Assembly (NCBI RefSeq): GCF_006345805.1
Contig: NC_043011.1
Location: forward strand, 2,356,001 to 2,420,000
Origin: Octopus sinensis
Taxonomy: Eukaryota
Direction of reading: 5' to 3'
DNA: 64,000 nucleotides
Position numbers and translations under genes: made by a program. This document shows positions 12,715 through 26,607 of this stretch, piece after piece. The notes beneath the pieces are model-generated. The model was not told the origin of the DNA and did not search any database. It worked only from the letters and a program-made list of their open reading frames with translations. Each line of letters opens with the position of its first letter. Position 1 is the stretch's first letter.

Positions 12715-13410
12715 ATATTTCTCAGGTTTCTGCATGGCAGAAGCTTTTTATTGCAAACCGACCATAGATATTTGCTGCCAATTTCTGGGTCGAAAAAAAG
12801 GGTTACCAACTCATTCTGCAAGCCATATGCAACATTGGGGTATAATATTAGTAAATTATAATTTCAAAATGCAATACATTCCATGGAAAAAATCGGTCAT
12901 GTGGACTGTCTTTCGCGATTAATTCCAAAAAATATGGAACCACTAGAAAAGACTGTTGTAGCTGCACTGCAGACAGAAAGTGAAATTAAAAGTGTTATGA
13001 CGAACGTTATCCAAGAACTACCAGTGACTGCACAGGATATAAGAATGAAAGCTTTTGGTGATGAGTATATTACGAAAATACAAGAAGCTTTAAAAAATAA
13101 ACTGGAAAAAAATTCAGATGCCTGTAGTTTTTCAATCTGCAATGATATTCTGATGTATGCCCAAAGAATGGTGGTTCCAACTACATTACAAAAAGGTGTA
13201 TTGCGACAATTCCACAGAGGACATCTGTTAATGGTAAGGATGAAGGCTCTGAAGAGGAGTTATGTCTGTTTGCCATCTATGGATGGAAATATCGAAAACT
13301 TGGTGGGAATGCACCAAGGTTGCGCCCATGCAGCCAAAACCTCACCAGTAAAATACCAATCATGACCAGGAATGGAGAACCCATGGTTTAGGTTACACAT
13401 TGGATCGATA
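12715..13410 (+). mobile_element. Ty3/Gypsy LTR-retrotransposon pol fragment (RNase H end, integrase zinc-binding region)
   Basis: FLHGRSF.LQTDHR...GSKKGLPTHSA...WGIILVNYNF, GHVDCLSRLIP, and VVPTTLQKGVLRQFHRGH...RMKALKRSYV followed by a PW.RLHI-like segment. Frameshifted. Confidence 0.88.
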
Positions 13411-14329
13411 TGCTGGACCGATATGACAACATTCGTCTATGGCAGGAAACATTCTCTGCTGATCTGATACCTATTTGTATAAACTGAGTAGGTGAGTTGA
13501 GGCATTATAGAATAGATCTGTGATCTGCCTATAAACACAATGTAGGAAATTTGTGTAGGGAATTTAAACTCATGTCTTATGAGCAGGCAGTTTAATATCG
13601 TAAAAAATCAGCCATTATATCTTAATTGTAAAAATAACAATTATTGGAGCAAAATTATCATCCCACCTACTGCAGGAATTGAAAGAGACTATAAAACAGT
13701 AAAACAACAACAGCAACAACAAAAACAGCGTATTTTATATTAATTTCTAGTTGATGCAGTTTCCAGTGATGCCATCAGGTTTTGGAGCAATTGCTCATTG
13801 TTGTGCTGAATATTTCTCTGAAAGTCAATACAAGCTAATCATCTTCTATCCCCCTAATATTTGCCATAGAATTAGAAGAGCAATTATCAGAGTAATTATC
13901 AACTGGCTCCATTCTCAGTCACATACTGTGTTTCCTTCTCTTATCATGTGATTTAATTAAATTTCCTGATGGGATCACTGTAAACTGTTTCAATTGGAAA
14001 TGGGTTTTTTCACCATTATTATTGCTCCACACTTTACAGTTCATCTAATAAAATTTTTAATAAATTTCTTTCTCTTTTGTTTTCTATGATCAGTCACATT
14101 AAGACAAATAGATTTCTGGAACAGCAGTAACAATAACTCCAACAACAGCTTGGGAAGCACAAAGAGATATAATAACAACAACCATAGCAACAAGAACAAG
14201 AGCAATATGAATGTTAATAGTAATAATAGTGGTTTCTAACACTTGCGTAAGACAACAAATTTCCAAGGAAATCCCTCTCTCTCTCTCTTTCGGAGAGGCA
14301 CTGAGCAGCTATATGCACACATACACACA

Positions 14330-14475
14330 TGGCAGTAACTCCTGCCTACCGAATTCAATCACAAAACTTTGGTGGGCTCAGGGCTATAGCGGAAGACACC
14401 TACCCAAAGTGCCACGCAGTGGGACTGAACCCGAAACCATGTAGTTAGAAAGCACGCTCCCTAACCACACAGCAA
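14330..14475 (-). mobile_element. Partial SINE family A (head region)
   Basis: CCCAAAGTGCCACGCAGTGGGACTGAACCCGAAACCATGT matches the family. Confidence 0.7.
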
Positions 14476-14599
14476 TAGGTTATTGATTTAATTTCCCCTA
14501 CTCTTTGATACATGTATATTTTATCAACCCAAGAATGATGAAAGACTAAGTCAACCTAGCAGGATTTGATCTAAGAAATCAGTAAAATTAAATATTGCA

Positions 14600-16160
14600 G
14601 AGTATTTGTCTGCTCTCAGCAAATCCTCTCATCCAGGACTATCATTCTACATGCTTATTGTCTGCATTCTAATCTGCGAAATCCAAATCCTTCTGTTTGC
14701 CCAGTCCCCACTCTATTCCAAAACTTGTACTATTATCACTTTCCGTATGATTAAACAAATCCCTGTCAGCAACAGAAGTAGTAACAAGACGCAACCCTGT
14801 CTCATTCCAGCTGCAATTTCACACCTCTCAGCGTTTCCACTACTCATATTCATATTTGTCTTATAATTCACATAAGCACTTTTTTGTCACAGCTCACAGA
14901 TATACACATTTACCATCTTTCCAGTTCTCTATCTTATATTCACATGCAACTGACAATAGAAATAACACTTGTATCGTCCAACCCATGCTAGCATGGGTTG
15001 GACGATTTTGACTGAGGGCTGGCGAACCAGATGGTTGTACCAGGCTCCAATCTTGATTTGGCAGAGTTTCTACAGCTAAATATGTTGATAAATCTTAGGG
15101 CATCCTTCTAGGAGAAGGTAACTCAGGTAACTGGGATAACTCCGACATAAAACCTGCGGCGCAGTGGTTACGGATGATGTTGACTTGTTCTTCTTTTCGG
15201 ATTATGGCTGCTGTTGCTTAGTGAGTGGGATTGACTCAGTGCACAGCCTTTCCTCACTTTAAAAAAAATCTTCTTGCACAGGCATTGCACGATAACAACA
15301 TTGATTAAGCTTCGTGCAATGGCCATACTCGATAACGAGGGGACAGCCACCATATAGTTAATAAAGTCATCAAGTCTTATTCTATAGGGCCCTGATGAAG
15401 GACAAATCTGATTTTGGCAAGACTGGAAACCAAGTATCTACTAATTCTGCCACCTACTGTCTTTCATAGTAATGATAGTTTTTTTCTGCTGAAGATACAA
15501 TAATGAGAATAACTAGTGATTTCCTCCATTTTGGCCACTGATGGAAATCTGTAGTGGATCAGCTTCTTTAGAAATTGAGCCCACATCTCTGCATGGATAG
15601 GGCATTTTATAATCAACAATAGCATATTTAGTAATAAATTTAGGGCAAGTGTTTGATGCGTCTAAGGAGAATCATTATGCTAACTGCTTATGGATGGAGA
15701 TTACAATGTATTTCAATGTTTATTCCAACCAATAATCTTTTGTGATTGCTGCGATAAGTTGCTGGCAAATATCAAAGACTTATAGTTGTGTGTTGTATGT
15801 TGTGTACCAAAATGCAGATAGAACATTCCGGAATATTTTTTCATTCTTTTTTCTTTTTTTTTTTTTTGCTATATGTAGCTTATATTCTAAACACTTCGCA
15901 GAAATCATCTAAAAATGTAGTCAGACATTCACATTCACCTGCAGTGGTGTGAAAAGACGATTCTCTCGCCTTTGTCTTATAATTCACGTAAACACTTTTT
16001 TGTCACAGCTCACAGCTCACAGATATACACATTTACCATCTTTCCAGTTCTCTATCTTATATTCACATGCAACTGACAATAGAAATAACACTTGTATCGT
16101 CATCTAACATATATGTTCATCTGAAATCAACCAGGCTTCACTTTTTGCAGTGTGAATTTA
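14600..16160 (-). mobile_element. Decayed RTE-like reverse transcriptase fragment split by a ~1-kb insert
   Basis: Minus-strand AGMRQGCVL... and KDLDFAD remnants at 14600-14860. The 124-bp block 14855-14978 is repeated at 15971-16101. Confidence 0.55.
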
Positions 16161-16509
16161 ACAGTTTTCTGATTGAGTAAAGTAATCAGAATAGATATTA
16201 GATCCTACTGTAAAGACAGTTATGTCATCTTATCCTTCAACAATCTTCTGAACCTTTCGTTCTATCTAGGTTTTATTTAGTAACTCAATATTTTTACCTC
16301 ATTACGTATCCATTCTTCTTGATTACATGGCTTGCCCAGCTAGATTTTGTTTAGTTAAAAAAAAATTGTCATTTGATTCTAGCTATACATTATCACAAAC
16401 CTTTTGCATGTGTGTGCATGCACGCACACATGCACACACACACACATGCACACACACATGCACACACACACATGCATGCATGCACATACACAAAATAAGT
16501 CAGTTAAAA

Positions 16510-18250
16510 GCCAAAATCTATGAGAAATATTAGCGACAAGATGTAAGATAAAAAGAAAAGTAAAGTAGTAATTGAAGGGAAAATAAGGTGACTGCTAAAA
16601 TTATTAGGTGCTAGAATGAAATGATATGATAATAGAATGGAACAATTTCTCAAGAGCAGGCTCTTTCTAAATAACCAAAAGAAGCAAAAGGAAAACAAAT
16701 TGAAGAATTCGAAGAAATAGAACATGGAAATAATGCCATTGAAGATGCTAAAGTGACAGAGGTATATGGGTGAACGATACTAAACATAATTGTAGATTGG
16801 ATTTTGATGGCGAAAAGAAAAATAGTAAGAAAACTCATCAACAAAATACCTGAACATAATAATGGATATGCTATGAAAAACAAGCCAAAAAGCTTACCAG
16901 TTGGAGTTCATCAAACTAAGACAGCTCAAGGTTACTAAATTAAACATCTGAAGTCAGTTGTTATGATTGAGAATAGCACAAATACTTGATGAAAGCCTTG
17001 GCTCTGATTTTGTCTGATGAAGTAAAGGAATTGTTGTTCTTTTACTTCATAATGAAAGACAAAATTAAAAAAAGATGTGAATTAAAGAAACTACTTGTCT
17101 TCCAATGATATGCTCGCTATTGATTAGCATAACCTCCAAAGAAATCTGTCAACAATTCAATATGAAAGTAACTGCTGCCAGAACAGAATTCCTGAAAACA
17201 AAGCAGATGAATCAATGATTAATTCCTCTCTGATAAAACAATACTCTAAAATTTTAAAAGAGAACAGACATGGTTAGTTAGGCCTAGACTGATTATAAAA
17301 GACTTTCAATATGACCTGGGATAATCTAATGTGTGTATATATTCAAAGTAGCAGATACCATCAGATCATTTCTCTGAAGTAGCATGGACCTTTTACAGAT
17401 GGAACTCATCTCAAGGAAAAAACTATTTATAATTACTCTTAGCATTTTGACTTGTATTTCTAGAAAGCTAAAATCAGGATATAACTTAGGAAAAGGTGAA
17501 CAAACCACAGCCACTGGGTATATATGAATAATTTGAAATTATTCAGCAAGAATAAACAACAACCCAATAATTTGCTGAAAAGCATATGGGAAAATAAATG
17601 AGGACCTATACAGAGAATTCAGCATTAATATGTATCGTATTCTGACCTTGAAGAGGGACAAACTGTCTGAGAAGGAATGAAATGAGTTCACTACTAGTGA
17701 GAATATAAAGCAAATTGATAAAAAAAGCTGGGTAGCCATAAGTATTTAGGAGTTTTGGAGCAAAAAAAAAGTGAAGGGCTTATTGTAAAATAAATACTCT
17801 CAGAGAGAGCCAAGAAAATTTTACAATCCTACTTCGCAGTAAAGATATTATCCTAGCTCTCAATTTATTCACTGTTTCATCATCTGATATGATGCAACTG
17901 GAACCCTCAAGAATCATAAAACATCAGTTAGAAAACTGGACAAGTTGCTGACAATATGAAATATGCATCACAAAATGTCCCTTAAGCTATCAACAACTTT
18001 TCCCTGCTTTCACTGTCTCATCTTTAGCATATGAAATGTTGTTGGTATGTGAAACAAACCCTTTTAGGGGAAGCAGGTGTGATTTGTATAGACTTTGTCA
18101 CCAGAATGTGATCTATGTAGACTAACTTGTTGAAATTTGAAATTTGTGATTTCAAACCATCAGTCTTATTCATGATGATGAGATAATGAAAGTTAAGAAA
18201 TGTTAATGGATTTTGGTGATCATTCCAACAAACTGCAAGGGAGTTATGTA
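16510..18250 (+). mobile_element. Decayed R4/Dong-like LINE (reverse transcriptase to restriction-like endonuclease region)
   Basis: HWVYMNNLKLFSKNKQQPNNLLK (cf. HLLYMDDLKLF), an LTLKRDK segment, RKLDKLLT..., and an upstream ETTCLPMICSLLISI (ITCL) motif. Many stops. Confidence 0.7.
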
Positions 18251-18471
18251 TAAATATAAAAATATCTATAATAAAAATCGATAACAAAGAAATCATAATT
18301 GTGTTTTCAACACACAAACACACACATTTATATATATACATCCAATATGGTAATTTTCAAATGAAAAATTAGTCAAAAATTCTAAAAATAAAATTTAAAA
18401 CAACAATTTTGAAAAGTGCTTCCGTATGTGTGTGCTTCTGTATGTGTGTGTGTATGTGTGTGTGTGTGTGT

Positions 18472-18505
<34 letters not shown>

Positions 18506-18899
18506 CTATCATTTTTTTTTGCCCAATTCACAATTTTGAATTTATATTAGTGATTTAGTGCTTTCATGTTTAAGATTATTAATTTTCTCCAAAATGTTAT
18601 TCAAAATCTTTTTGTTTTCTCAAATGATATTTAGTTCTCTCATGAATATCATTTTATGAATAGAATCAGCATAATGGTGCAAATTCTAATGAAGTTGCTT
18701 CTACCATGAAAAAAGAAACCCAAATGGCCATCTACAGATAGAGGTAGGATGAAATTAAAACTGACATCCTTCCAATATATTTTGACATTGCTCTTTCTCT
18801 AAGGAATAAATTTATACAATTCAAAATGTAATGATTTAAAATTATTGCCAAACTTCACTTTGTTACAGTTTCTAATCTGTTTTGTTTTATATATTTATT

Positions 18900-19420
18900 A
18901 ATTAGAAGAGGGGGAGAGTTCATGGGTTTGCAGGCCTTACTAAACTGATGAGATTGATACAGGTGGTGTTTTGCTTGAATATTTCTCCCCTAATTTCTGC
19001 AAGAAAATTATGGTAACCAAGGGAATTCCAGAGGATTACATTCTGGAATATAAAGTGGGAGGCAAGTCACTCCTAATATTACAGCAGGTGAGGAGAGATG
19101 GATGGGCCTGGAGGAAAAGCTTGTGTAAATGACTTCTTCAAGTTAGTAAATGTCATTCTTGTAGTAGTAGTATTAAAAGAGGCAAAGTGTTAAATAGAGG
19201 AAATTGCACACATCTGTGAGCTGTTTATTGAATCAGATTTGTGAGTGGATCTTTTCCAGAAAGCTGAAGGTAATTTTTTTAAGGATCTAGTCTAAGATAC
19301 TTGAGTGTGTGGTAGTAGCACCATGTAAGCAGTACTCCAGTATGAATTTTAACTGAGAATTTTGAGCAGGACTGAAGTATTTCTAGCCCTAAAAATGAAA
19401 AGGATATATCTTTGAAACTA
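18900..19420 (-). mobile_element. Decayed CR1/Crack-like LINE 3' fragment
   Basis: SQ.KFILEYCLHGA...SILD (cf. YKSQIRPKLEYCSHVW) and ILWNSL remnants. Confidence 0.5.
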
Positions 19421-20203
19421 TAACATCATGTCAATCCCCAAGAATAGTCATGTGAGATTGTGAAATGTAGCATCTGTCGTGACTTTCATGAGTTTCTTTT
19501 CATTATATCTTGTATTTTTAACAAATGAGGATTCTGGTTTTGTGACTTCAACAGAGAATGTAAAATATACACCCAAATATTATAAGAGCTCCTATCTTCA
19601 ACTATGGTACTTCTCATTATGTACTAATTAATTGGCTGAGGATATTCAGCAGGATCAGCTTTAGCATTTAAGTGGAGAGTAACATAGTGAACCCCACAAA
19701 ATAATTAACTAAAATTACAATCATAGTGAAAAAAAGCATTTGTTTTAATGATTAATTCTGGTAAGAAAAGTAAGGAACATATCTTAATTCTATAGTCCCT
19801 GCAGGCCCTATAATGCATAAACATTTTGGATGGTAATTTAACTTTTTGTCAACAATTCACTTGTTAATGCATTTATTATAACTCTAGCGCAACAAATGCA
19901 CTCTGCCTTTCAGTGTTTCTGTTGACATCCAGTCAAATTGTTACAGGTCAAATATCTGTTGGTCACTTCATTGTCATCAGTTCAGTGTGTGGTCAATTCA
20001 TCATCAGCATCCAAGCTGAATCTGCCACCAGATTATTAAAAGGCATCTAAATAAGAAAATAAACTAGAGTTAAAGAATACAAACTTTTTATTTTTATAAA
20101 CATGAGAAATAAAAAATATTGAAGTTTTCTTTTGATTGTCTTCAGTTTGTTTCTTTAAAAGTTTCTAAAAACATCAACACAAAGAAATATAGGTAAAATG
20201 ACA

Positions 20204-20467
20204 CATCATCATCATCGTTTAACGTCTGCTTTCCATGCTAGCATGGGTTGGATGGTTCAACTGGGGTCTGTGAAGCCAGAAGGCTGCACCAGGCCCAGTC
20301 TGATCTGGCAGTGTTTCTACAGCTGGATGCCCTTCCTAATGCCAACCGCTCCGTGAGTGTAGTGGGTGCTTTTTATGTGTCACCGGCACTGGTGCCAGAC
20401 GAGGCTGGCAAACGGCCACGATCGGATGGTGCTTTTTACGTACCACCGGCATGGAGGCCAGACGGGA

Positions 20468-20468
<1 letters not shown>
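20204..20468 (-). mobile_element. RTE-tailed short element (family C)
   Basis: (CAT)n followed by CGTTTAACGTCTGCTTTCCATGCTAGCATGGGTTGG...CTGGATGCCCTTCCTAATGCCAACC. Confidence 0.9.
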
Positions 20469-20510
<42 letters not shown>

Positions 20511-21149
20511 CAGGATGTGTGTGTGTGTGTGTGTGTACATGAATGTAATTTATGCATGTCCACAAATTAGCATGCATGTCGCTCCAATCTGAGGAGGACA
20601 TTCGTCATGACCCTAGCTGTATTTTTGTCAAATTATTTTTCCCCGAGGCACCAGCAAATAGCAGTAAAAATAATCCACCACTGTTTACAAACATGAGTTA
20701 AGTCTCCTTCTAGTGACAGGTAAGTTTCGTTAAGACATTTGTTTTTGTCCCATTGAGGGAAAAAAATGTTTTGCCGAAATACGGGCAACACACACACATA
20801 CACACACACACACAAACATGTATGCATACAAAAAACGTATGCAAAAGGTGTACGTACGTGTGTGTGTGCATGTGGGTGATGCCCGTATATATATATATAT
20901 ATATATACTTAAGACTTAGTTGTGATCTGAACATAACCACTTCTGACACAGAGGATTGGGAGCCCTTTTAGGCATTCTATTTCCCTTGCTGGAAGGGTTC
21001 CCAACCCATGGGCACAGGGGGGTTAGATGATAGGAGTGGTGTTTTCAAAAGGGCTGGCATGTGCAACCTAATCACCTCTGCCAATCAAACTCCCAACCCA
21101 TGTGTTCCTGTCACAACACTGATTCTGCAGAACTGGGTTGGGTGTGAAA

Positions 21150-21653
21150 ACCTACTTTAAAGTATAAATATTGGTGTTTTTAAATCAGCAATGTTGTGTT
21201 TGGTTAAGTCTCATTTGGGATGAAAAATCAATAAACTGATTCCTTATGGGGTTTTCCATTTAATCTGAATTTAAAATATCGATAATCCGATTCCTTATAG
21301 GATTTCCCACTAAAATTGGCTACACCCCATTTTCAACCATAACTTTTACCAATTTTGATGTATTTTGTTCAAAATTGATGCCAGCATTACTTAGGACTCA
21401 TGGGATCTGTGAATGCTTTAAATTCTCCAAAACCAGAAAAATAAAACAGTTCATTAGGGGAAAAAATCAATAAGCCGATTCCTTATAGGATTTTCCAATC
21501 AAATTGTCTGCAACTCATTTTCAGCCAAAAGTTTACCAATTTCAACGGATTTCGCTCAAATTTGACGTTGATGTTAGTTTAGTTTGAAATAAAGAGCTTG
21601 ATTAGCTTAATAATCCCAACTAAAACCCGGGCAAAGCCGGGCTATACTGCTAG
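21150..21653 (+). mobile_element. Non-autonomous Helitron with internal repeats
   Basis: 3' hairpin CCCGGGCAAAGCCGGG followed by ATACTGCTAG|T, the same terminus as 4590. Three internal GATTCCTTAT(A/G)GG units. The 5' end is approximate. Confidence 0.75.
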
Positions 21654-23350
21654 TAGAATATAAATGACGAAATAATTAATACTTATGAATTAATATATGA
21701 AGGAAAAATAACTGTCTAAAATTTATTTGCTTAAAATAATGTATTTAAACATTTATGAAAAGCACAAAAAGTGACTGATAAAATCTAAAGTTAACAAAGA
21801 AAATACATTGAAATATTAAAATTTCAGATTATGAGCAGCTACTTTTGAGAAGTTAATTTTTAATTCAGAATCGTCTATCACATTTCTAATGCACTCATTC
21901 ATATCTCAGCATGTCTTCTTTTGGATGGTTTCTTCTTGGATATTATTTAGGACTTGTTTGGATTCATTACTATCAATGAATTCTTCATAGCAAAATTAAG
22001 TGTCTTTAGATATATGAAATATTCTAATTGCTACACTTCTGATTTCTCCAAAAGCAAAATCTTCAATCTTTTGCATTACATATTAAACAAAACCAGCTCT
22101 AAACACTCTGATAACCACCCACAGCAATGATCTAATTCCTGCAAGACTCCTTGGGTGAAGAAACAATTGGTATTACTTTTAATGCACATAGTTTAAACTA
22201 AAACCAAAACAAATGTTACAAACTTATACCTGCATAACAGAGTGAAATAACTATTATTCTAACTGGGATGCAAATAACAAATTGGTCTGATGCTGTTTCT
22301 TTTACCTCTTCTATTAATGGCGTTTACACCTGTAAATTTACAAGGCTTGTATTACTCTAAGGAGTTCCAATCATTACTTTGAAACTTGTTGCTTTAAGTT
22401 TTAAATGTGCGATCCTTATTTTTTTAAGGATAGTTAAAAATGTTTCACAGGAGTATCTGATTTAGTTCATGAGATTAGATACATTATGGGTATCTTGTGT
22501 TAGATACAGCATCGATAGTTTGGGAAAGAATTGGCTGTCTCACTGGATTGGTCAAGTAAATGTAGAGAATCACCTTCATGGGCTCAGTGGATAAGTATAC
22601 TGGATAAAAATTGGAGATTTTTAGATCAGAGTTAGACTGATAAATAAAATACATCTGCCAGAGTACATTTCATCTGATATGATCTAATGGAAAAGGATAA
22701 AAAAAAAGTTTAAAAATATGAAAGACATTAACCACTTATAAATGCCACAGATATTCCAGGAAGTATTGTATTTAATAAATTCTTCAAGACACTGTAATTA
22801 TGTGTTGGTGTTGAATTTTGAAATATACAAAACAGAGAATTCCTTATAAGCTTTGTATAACTGATTATGTTAGTTAATCCTTTATGTATGATAAGGGAAT
22901 TTGAGAAAGTTAATAAACCAGGTTTCTGCAGCTTTAGGCAAATAAAAATAAATTTTCCCTTCACAAGATTGGATGTTAGTTTAATAGAGGTAAAGTTGCA
23001 CTAAAAGTCTGAGATATATACAGGTAAATGTCACAGTATTGACCAGATTATTGAATGTTGTTATACACTATTAGCTTTCAAATAATGCCACCCTGCTGGC
23101 CTGGTGGGTTGGCCAGTATATATATATATGCATGTGTACCAGTAAGATAAAATATTATCTGATATATAATCACCCACTAGAGAAACTAAATTGGACTATT
23201 AAGGGAGTCTTCTATACAGGTGCTTGGCCTACTAATAAAATCACATTGAAACTATACCCCATTACCGTAAGTAAAGGTAAATTGACACTGGGTACTGCAC
23301 ATTTAATAGCCATATTACCCTGCTATTTAGAAGGGATGATATATGGTTAA

Positions 23351-23656
23351 CCCTCTTGCAACAGCCAGGCTGATTGATTGGCCCAAGTGGTTCAAGCTGA
23401 AAGGACTTTGAGGCTCGTCCATTGCCCTGATGAAACAAATGTTTTGAAGTGTAATAGCCAATCAGAGATCGTCTTTCAGTAGATATAATATAAAACTATA
23501 TAATATATGTAGTTTCACATATTAATAAAAGTGAGTTTTAGGCACTTTATCCTTTGCTTTCTACATGCACCCATCAATTTCAATCTCAACAAAAAAAAAA
23601 ATGCATTTTGATCTTTTTGGCTACATTATTCCAAAACACCATTTGTCTCAAAAGGG
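23351..23656. mobile_element. piggyBac-like MITE
   Basis: TTAA|CCCTCTTG ... CAAAAGGG|TTAA termini. Confidence 0.55.
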
Positions 23657-24607
23657 TTAATGTCATTCTTATCATCAATATTTCTGAATGAAAATGGAAT
23701 GGCCTTGACTTGTTTACTTCAATCACAAGTCTACACTGTCAGAGTTGCCTGGATCAAACAACAACATCAATTGCTATTTTTGTTATTCACTTTATTATTG
23801 AACTTGGATTGTACAAGAAACATACTTCTATATATTGAATATAGCTGTGTATTCATTGTTTTTTTATTCTTCATTGTATTGAAATTCCTGTACTGAATAA
23901 TGTTCGTTGTATCCATGGCTATGATAACCTCTTGCAGAGTGCAGAACAAAGAAAAACAAAATCATGTGACAAAATGTACTCTTCAAGGAAGTTTACGTTC
24001 ACTTGTAGAAGAAACTGTAAGTTGGATTTTTAATGAGTTTCCTCATTAGTGAATAATGAAAAAGCTGCAAGATAAATCAACCAAGATTTATAAAGTAAAT
24101 CAATGTAATAGGATAGTTAATTTGAAGACAATGAAAATGTTTGTTGCATGCTTAATAAATGTCACGAAAACAAAATCTATATCAGAGTGGAGTCAAATAA
24201 ATGATTATAAATATTTGCTAGAATGTCTGAGAGATGCTAGCAAAGATTGCTAATGTGGTGAATATAATCTAGAAGTATTTCTGTTTTGCTATTAAAAGAA
24301 AACATGCAACAGAAAGATGTGAAATAATTTAGGTGTTAAGCATTTTGTTGTTTAGATTTGGAGTGTAACATTTTGTATTTTAAGTATTCTTTTGTCTTGC
24401 TATTTAATACCAATGTAACCATTGATATTTCCTGCATTCACTGCAATAAGGATCATTGTGAACAAATCTCATTAATATTGATTTGCTTTTAATTACTCGT
24501 AATCAATTTTATATTGAAGCAATAGAGTAGGTGTACCATTGATAAACAAGAATCCTTTTGAATGGTAGGACTGCCTTCCTCCTCCCCACACTCGAACTGC
24601 AAGTATT

Positions 24608-24998
24608 TTTTTTTTTGGCAGCACTCCGTTGGTTACGACGACGAGGGTTCCGGTTGATCCGAATCAACGGAACAGCCTGCTCATGAAATTAACGTGTAAG
24701 TGGCTGAGCACTCCACAGACACGTGCACCCTTAAGGTAGTTCTCAGGGATATTCAGCATGACACAGAGAGTGACAAGGCCGGCCCCTTGAAATACAGGTA
24801 CAACAGAAACAGGAAGTAAGAGTGAGAGAAAGTTGTGGTGAAAAAGTACAGCAGGGATCACCACCATCCTCTGCCGGAGCCTCGTGGAGCTTTTAGGTGT
24901 TTTCGCTCAATAAACACTCACAACACCCGGTCTGGGAATCGAAACCGCGATCCTATGACTGCGAGTTCGCTGCCCTAACCACTGGGCAATTGTGCCTC
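24608..24998 (-). mobile_element. tRNA-derived SINE family B
   Basis: Near-identical to 5832-6209, with an A-tail on the minus strand and an 11-bp TSD CTGCAAGTATT at 24597-24607 and 24999-25009. Confidence 0.92.
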
Positions 24999-25168
24999 CT
25001 GCAAGTATTAATTAACAAACAAACACACAAAACCTGTTGCATTCATTTTTCATTTATTTATTAACAGTACTTGTCTCCTATGAAATGTACTATTTCAATC
25101 TGGTCTCGGATATATTTCCAAATTTGTCACACTTCATTTGTAGCCAGTATTATTAAGAAGTAAATGCA

Positions 25169-25316
25169 AGGCTGTGTGGTAAGTAGCTTGCTTACCAACC
25201 ACATGGTTCCGGGTTCAGTCCCACTGCGTGGCATCTTCTGCTATAGCCCCGAGCCGACCAATGCCTTGTGAGTGGATTTGGTAGACAGAAACTGAAAGAA
25301 GCCTGTCGTATATATG

Positions 25317-25347
<31 letters not shown>

Positions 25348-25566
25348 TTATGTGTCTGTGTTTGTCCCCCTAGCATTGCTTGACAACCGATGCTGGTGTG
25401 TTTACGTTCCCATTACTTAGCGGTTCGGCAAAAGAGACTGATAGAATAAGTACTGGGCTTACAAAGAATAAGTCCTGGGGTCGATTTGCTCGACTAAAGG
25501 CGGTGCTCTAGCATGGCCACAGTCAAATGACTGAAACAAATAAAAGAGAGAAAGAGAAAAGAGAGT
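25169..25566 (+). mobile_element. tRNA-derived SINE family A
   Basis: GGCTGTGTGGTAAGTAGC...GGGTTCAGTCCC head and AAAAGAG tail. Reverse complement of 8572-8983. Confidence 0.9.
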
Positions 25567-25959
25567 ATACTTTGTATGTGTGTGTGCGTGTGTGATCTTT
25601 AATATCTAAATGACACTTCCATGAGATAATTGTTTTTCTTTCAACTGTATCTCAGATCAACTCACTTAGCAAACAAGTACAGCTCCAAAACAAAGAAATA
25701 AGGAAAAGTGAAACGAATCTTCTAACAATATGTCTGTAATAGTAAAACAGACTGAGTAAACCGTAATTCTAAGAACATTGTGAAAGTAATTATACTTAAA
25801 AATGCATCAAGCAGTAAAATAGCTGTATTTGATAAACGTAAACTGAAATCAATGCTGAAACAAAATGATTGGTCTGGATGACTGATTACTGAAGATCAAT
25901 GAATACATTTGTGAAACAAAAACACACACACATGCACGCAGGCACACATCCATTGATCC

Positions 25960-26010
25960 ATCGATCCATCCATCCATCTATCTATCTCTCTATCCCTATC
26001 TCTCTGTCTG

Positions 26011-26055
<45 letters not shown>

Positions 26056-26120
26056 GTATCTATCTATCTATCCATCCATCCATCCATCCATCTATCTATC
26101 TCTCTATCCCTATCTCTCTG

Positions 26121-26177
<57 letters not shown>

Positions 26178-26197
26178 TTATCTATCTATCTATCTAC

Positions 26198-26231
<34 letters not shown>

Positions 26232-26301
26232 GTCTATCTGTCTGTCTGTCTGCCTGCCAGCCTGCTTGTTTGTCTGTCTGTCTGTCTGCTTGCCTGCCTG
26301 C

Positions 26302-26335
<34 letters not shown>

Positions 26336-26563
26336 GTCTATCTATCTGTCTATTTATCTATCTCTCTATCTATCTATCTATCTATTATTTTTATTATTTT
26401 TTTTTGTTCTTCTTTTTCCCTTTTACGATCCCTTTTGATCGAAAACCTACGCCACTTTTTTTTTTGTTTCTTTTGTTTTTTGTTTTTTTCATCCCCCAAA
26501 AGAAAAGCTCTACCTTGTAACTTGTCCCATCTGTGTGCAGCCCTGTGTGGCCAATAAAGAAAC

Positions 26564-26607
<44 letters not shown>

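Noticed and set aside
15385-15440. Plus-strand CTGATGA...GAAAC resembling a hammerhead core
   Set aside because: Stem II closes with an A-G mismatch, stem III has only 2 bp and is not palindromic, and no stem I can be formed. At best a dead relic.
23936-24015. Possible plus-strand exon (CAG|...VQNKEKQNHVTKCTLQGSLRSLVEET|GTAAGT)
   Set aside because: Isolated, no recognisable homology and no compatible neighbouring exons.
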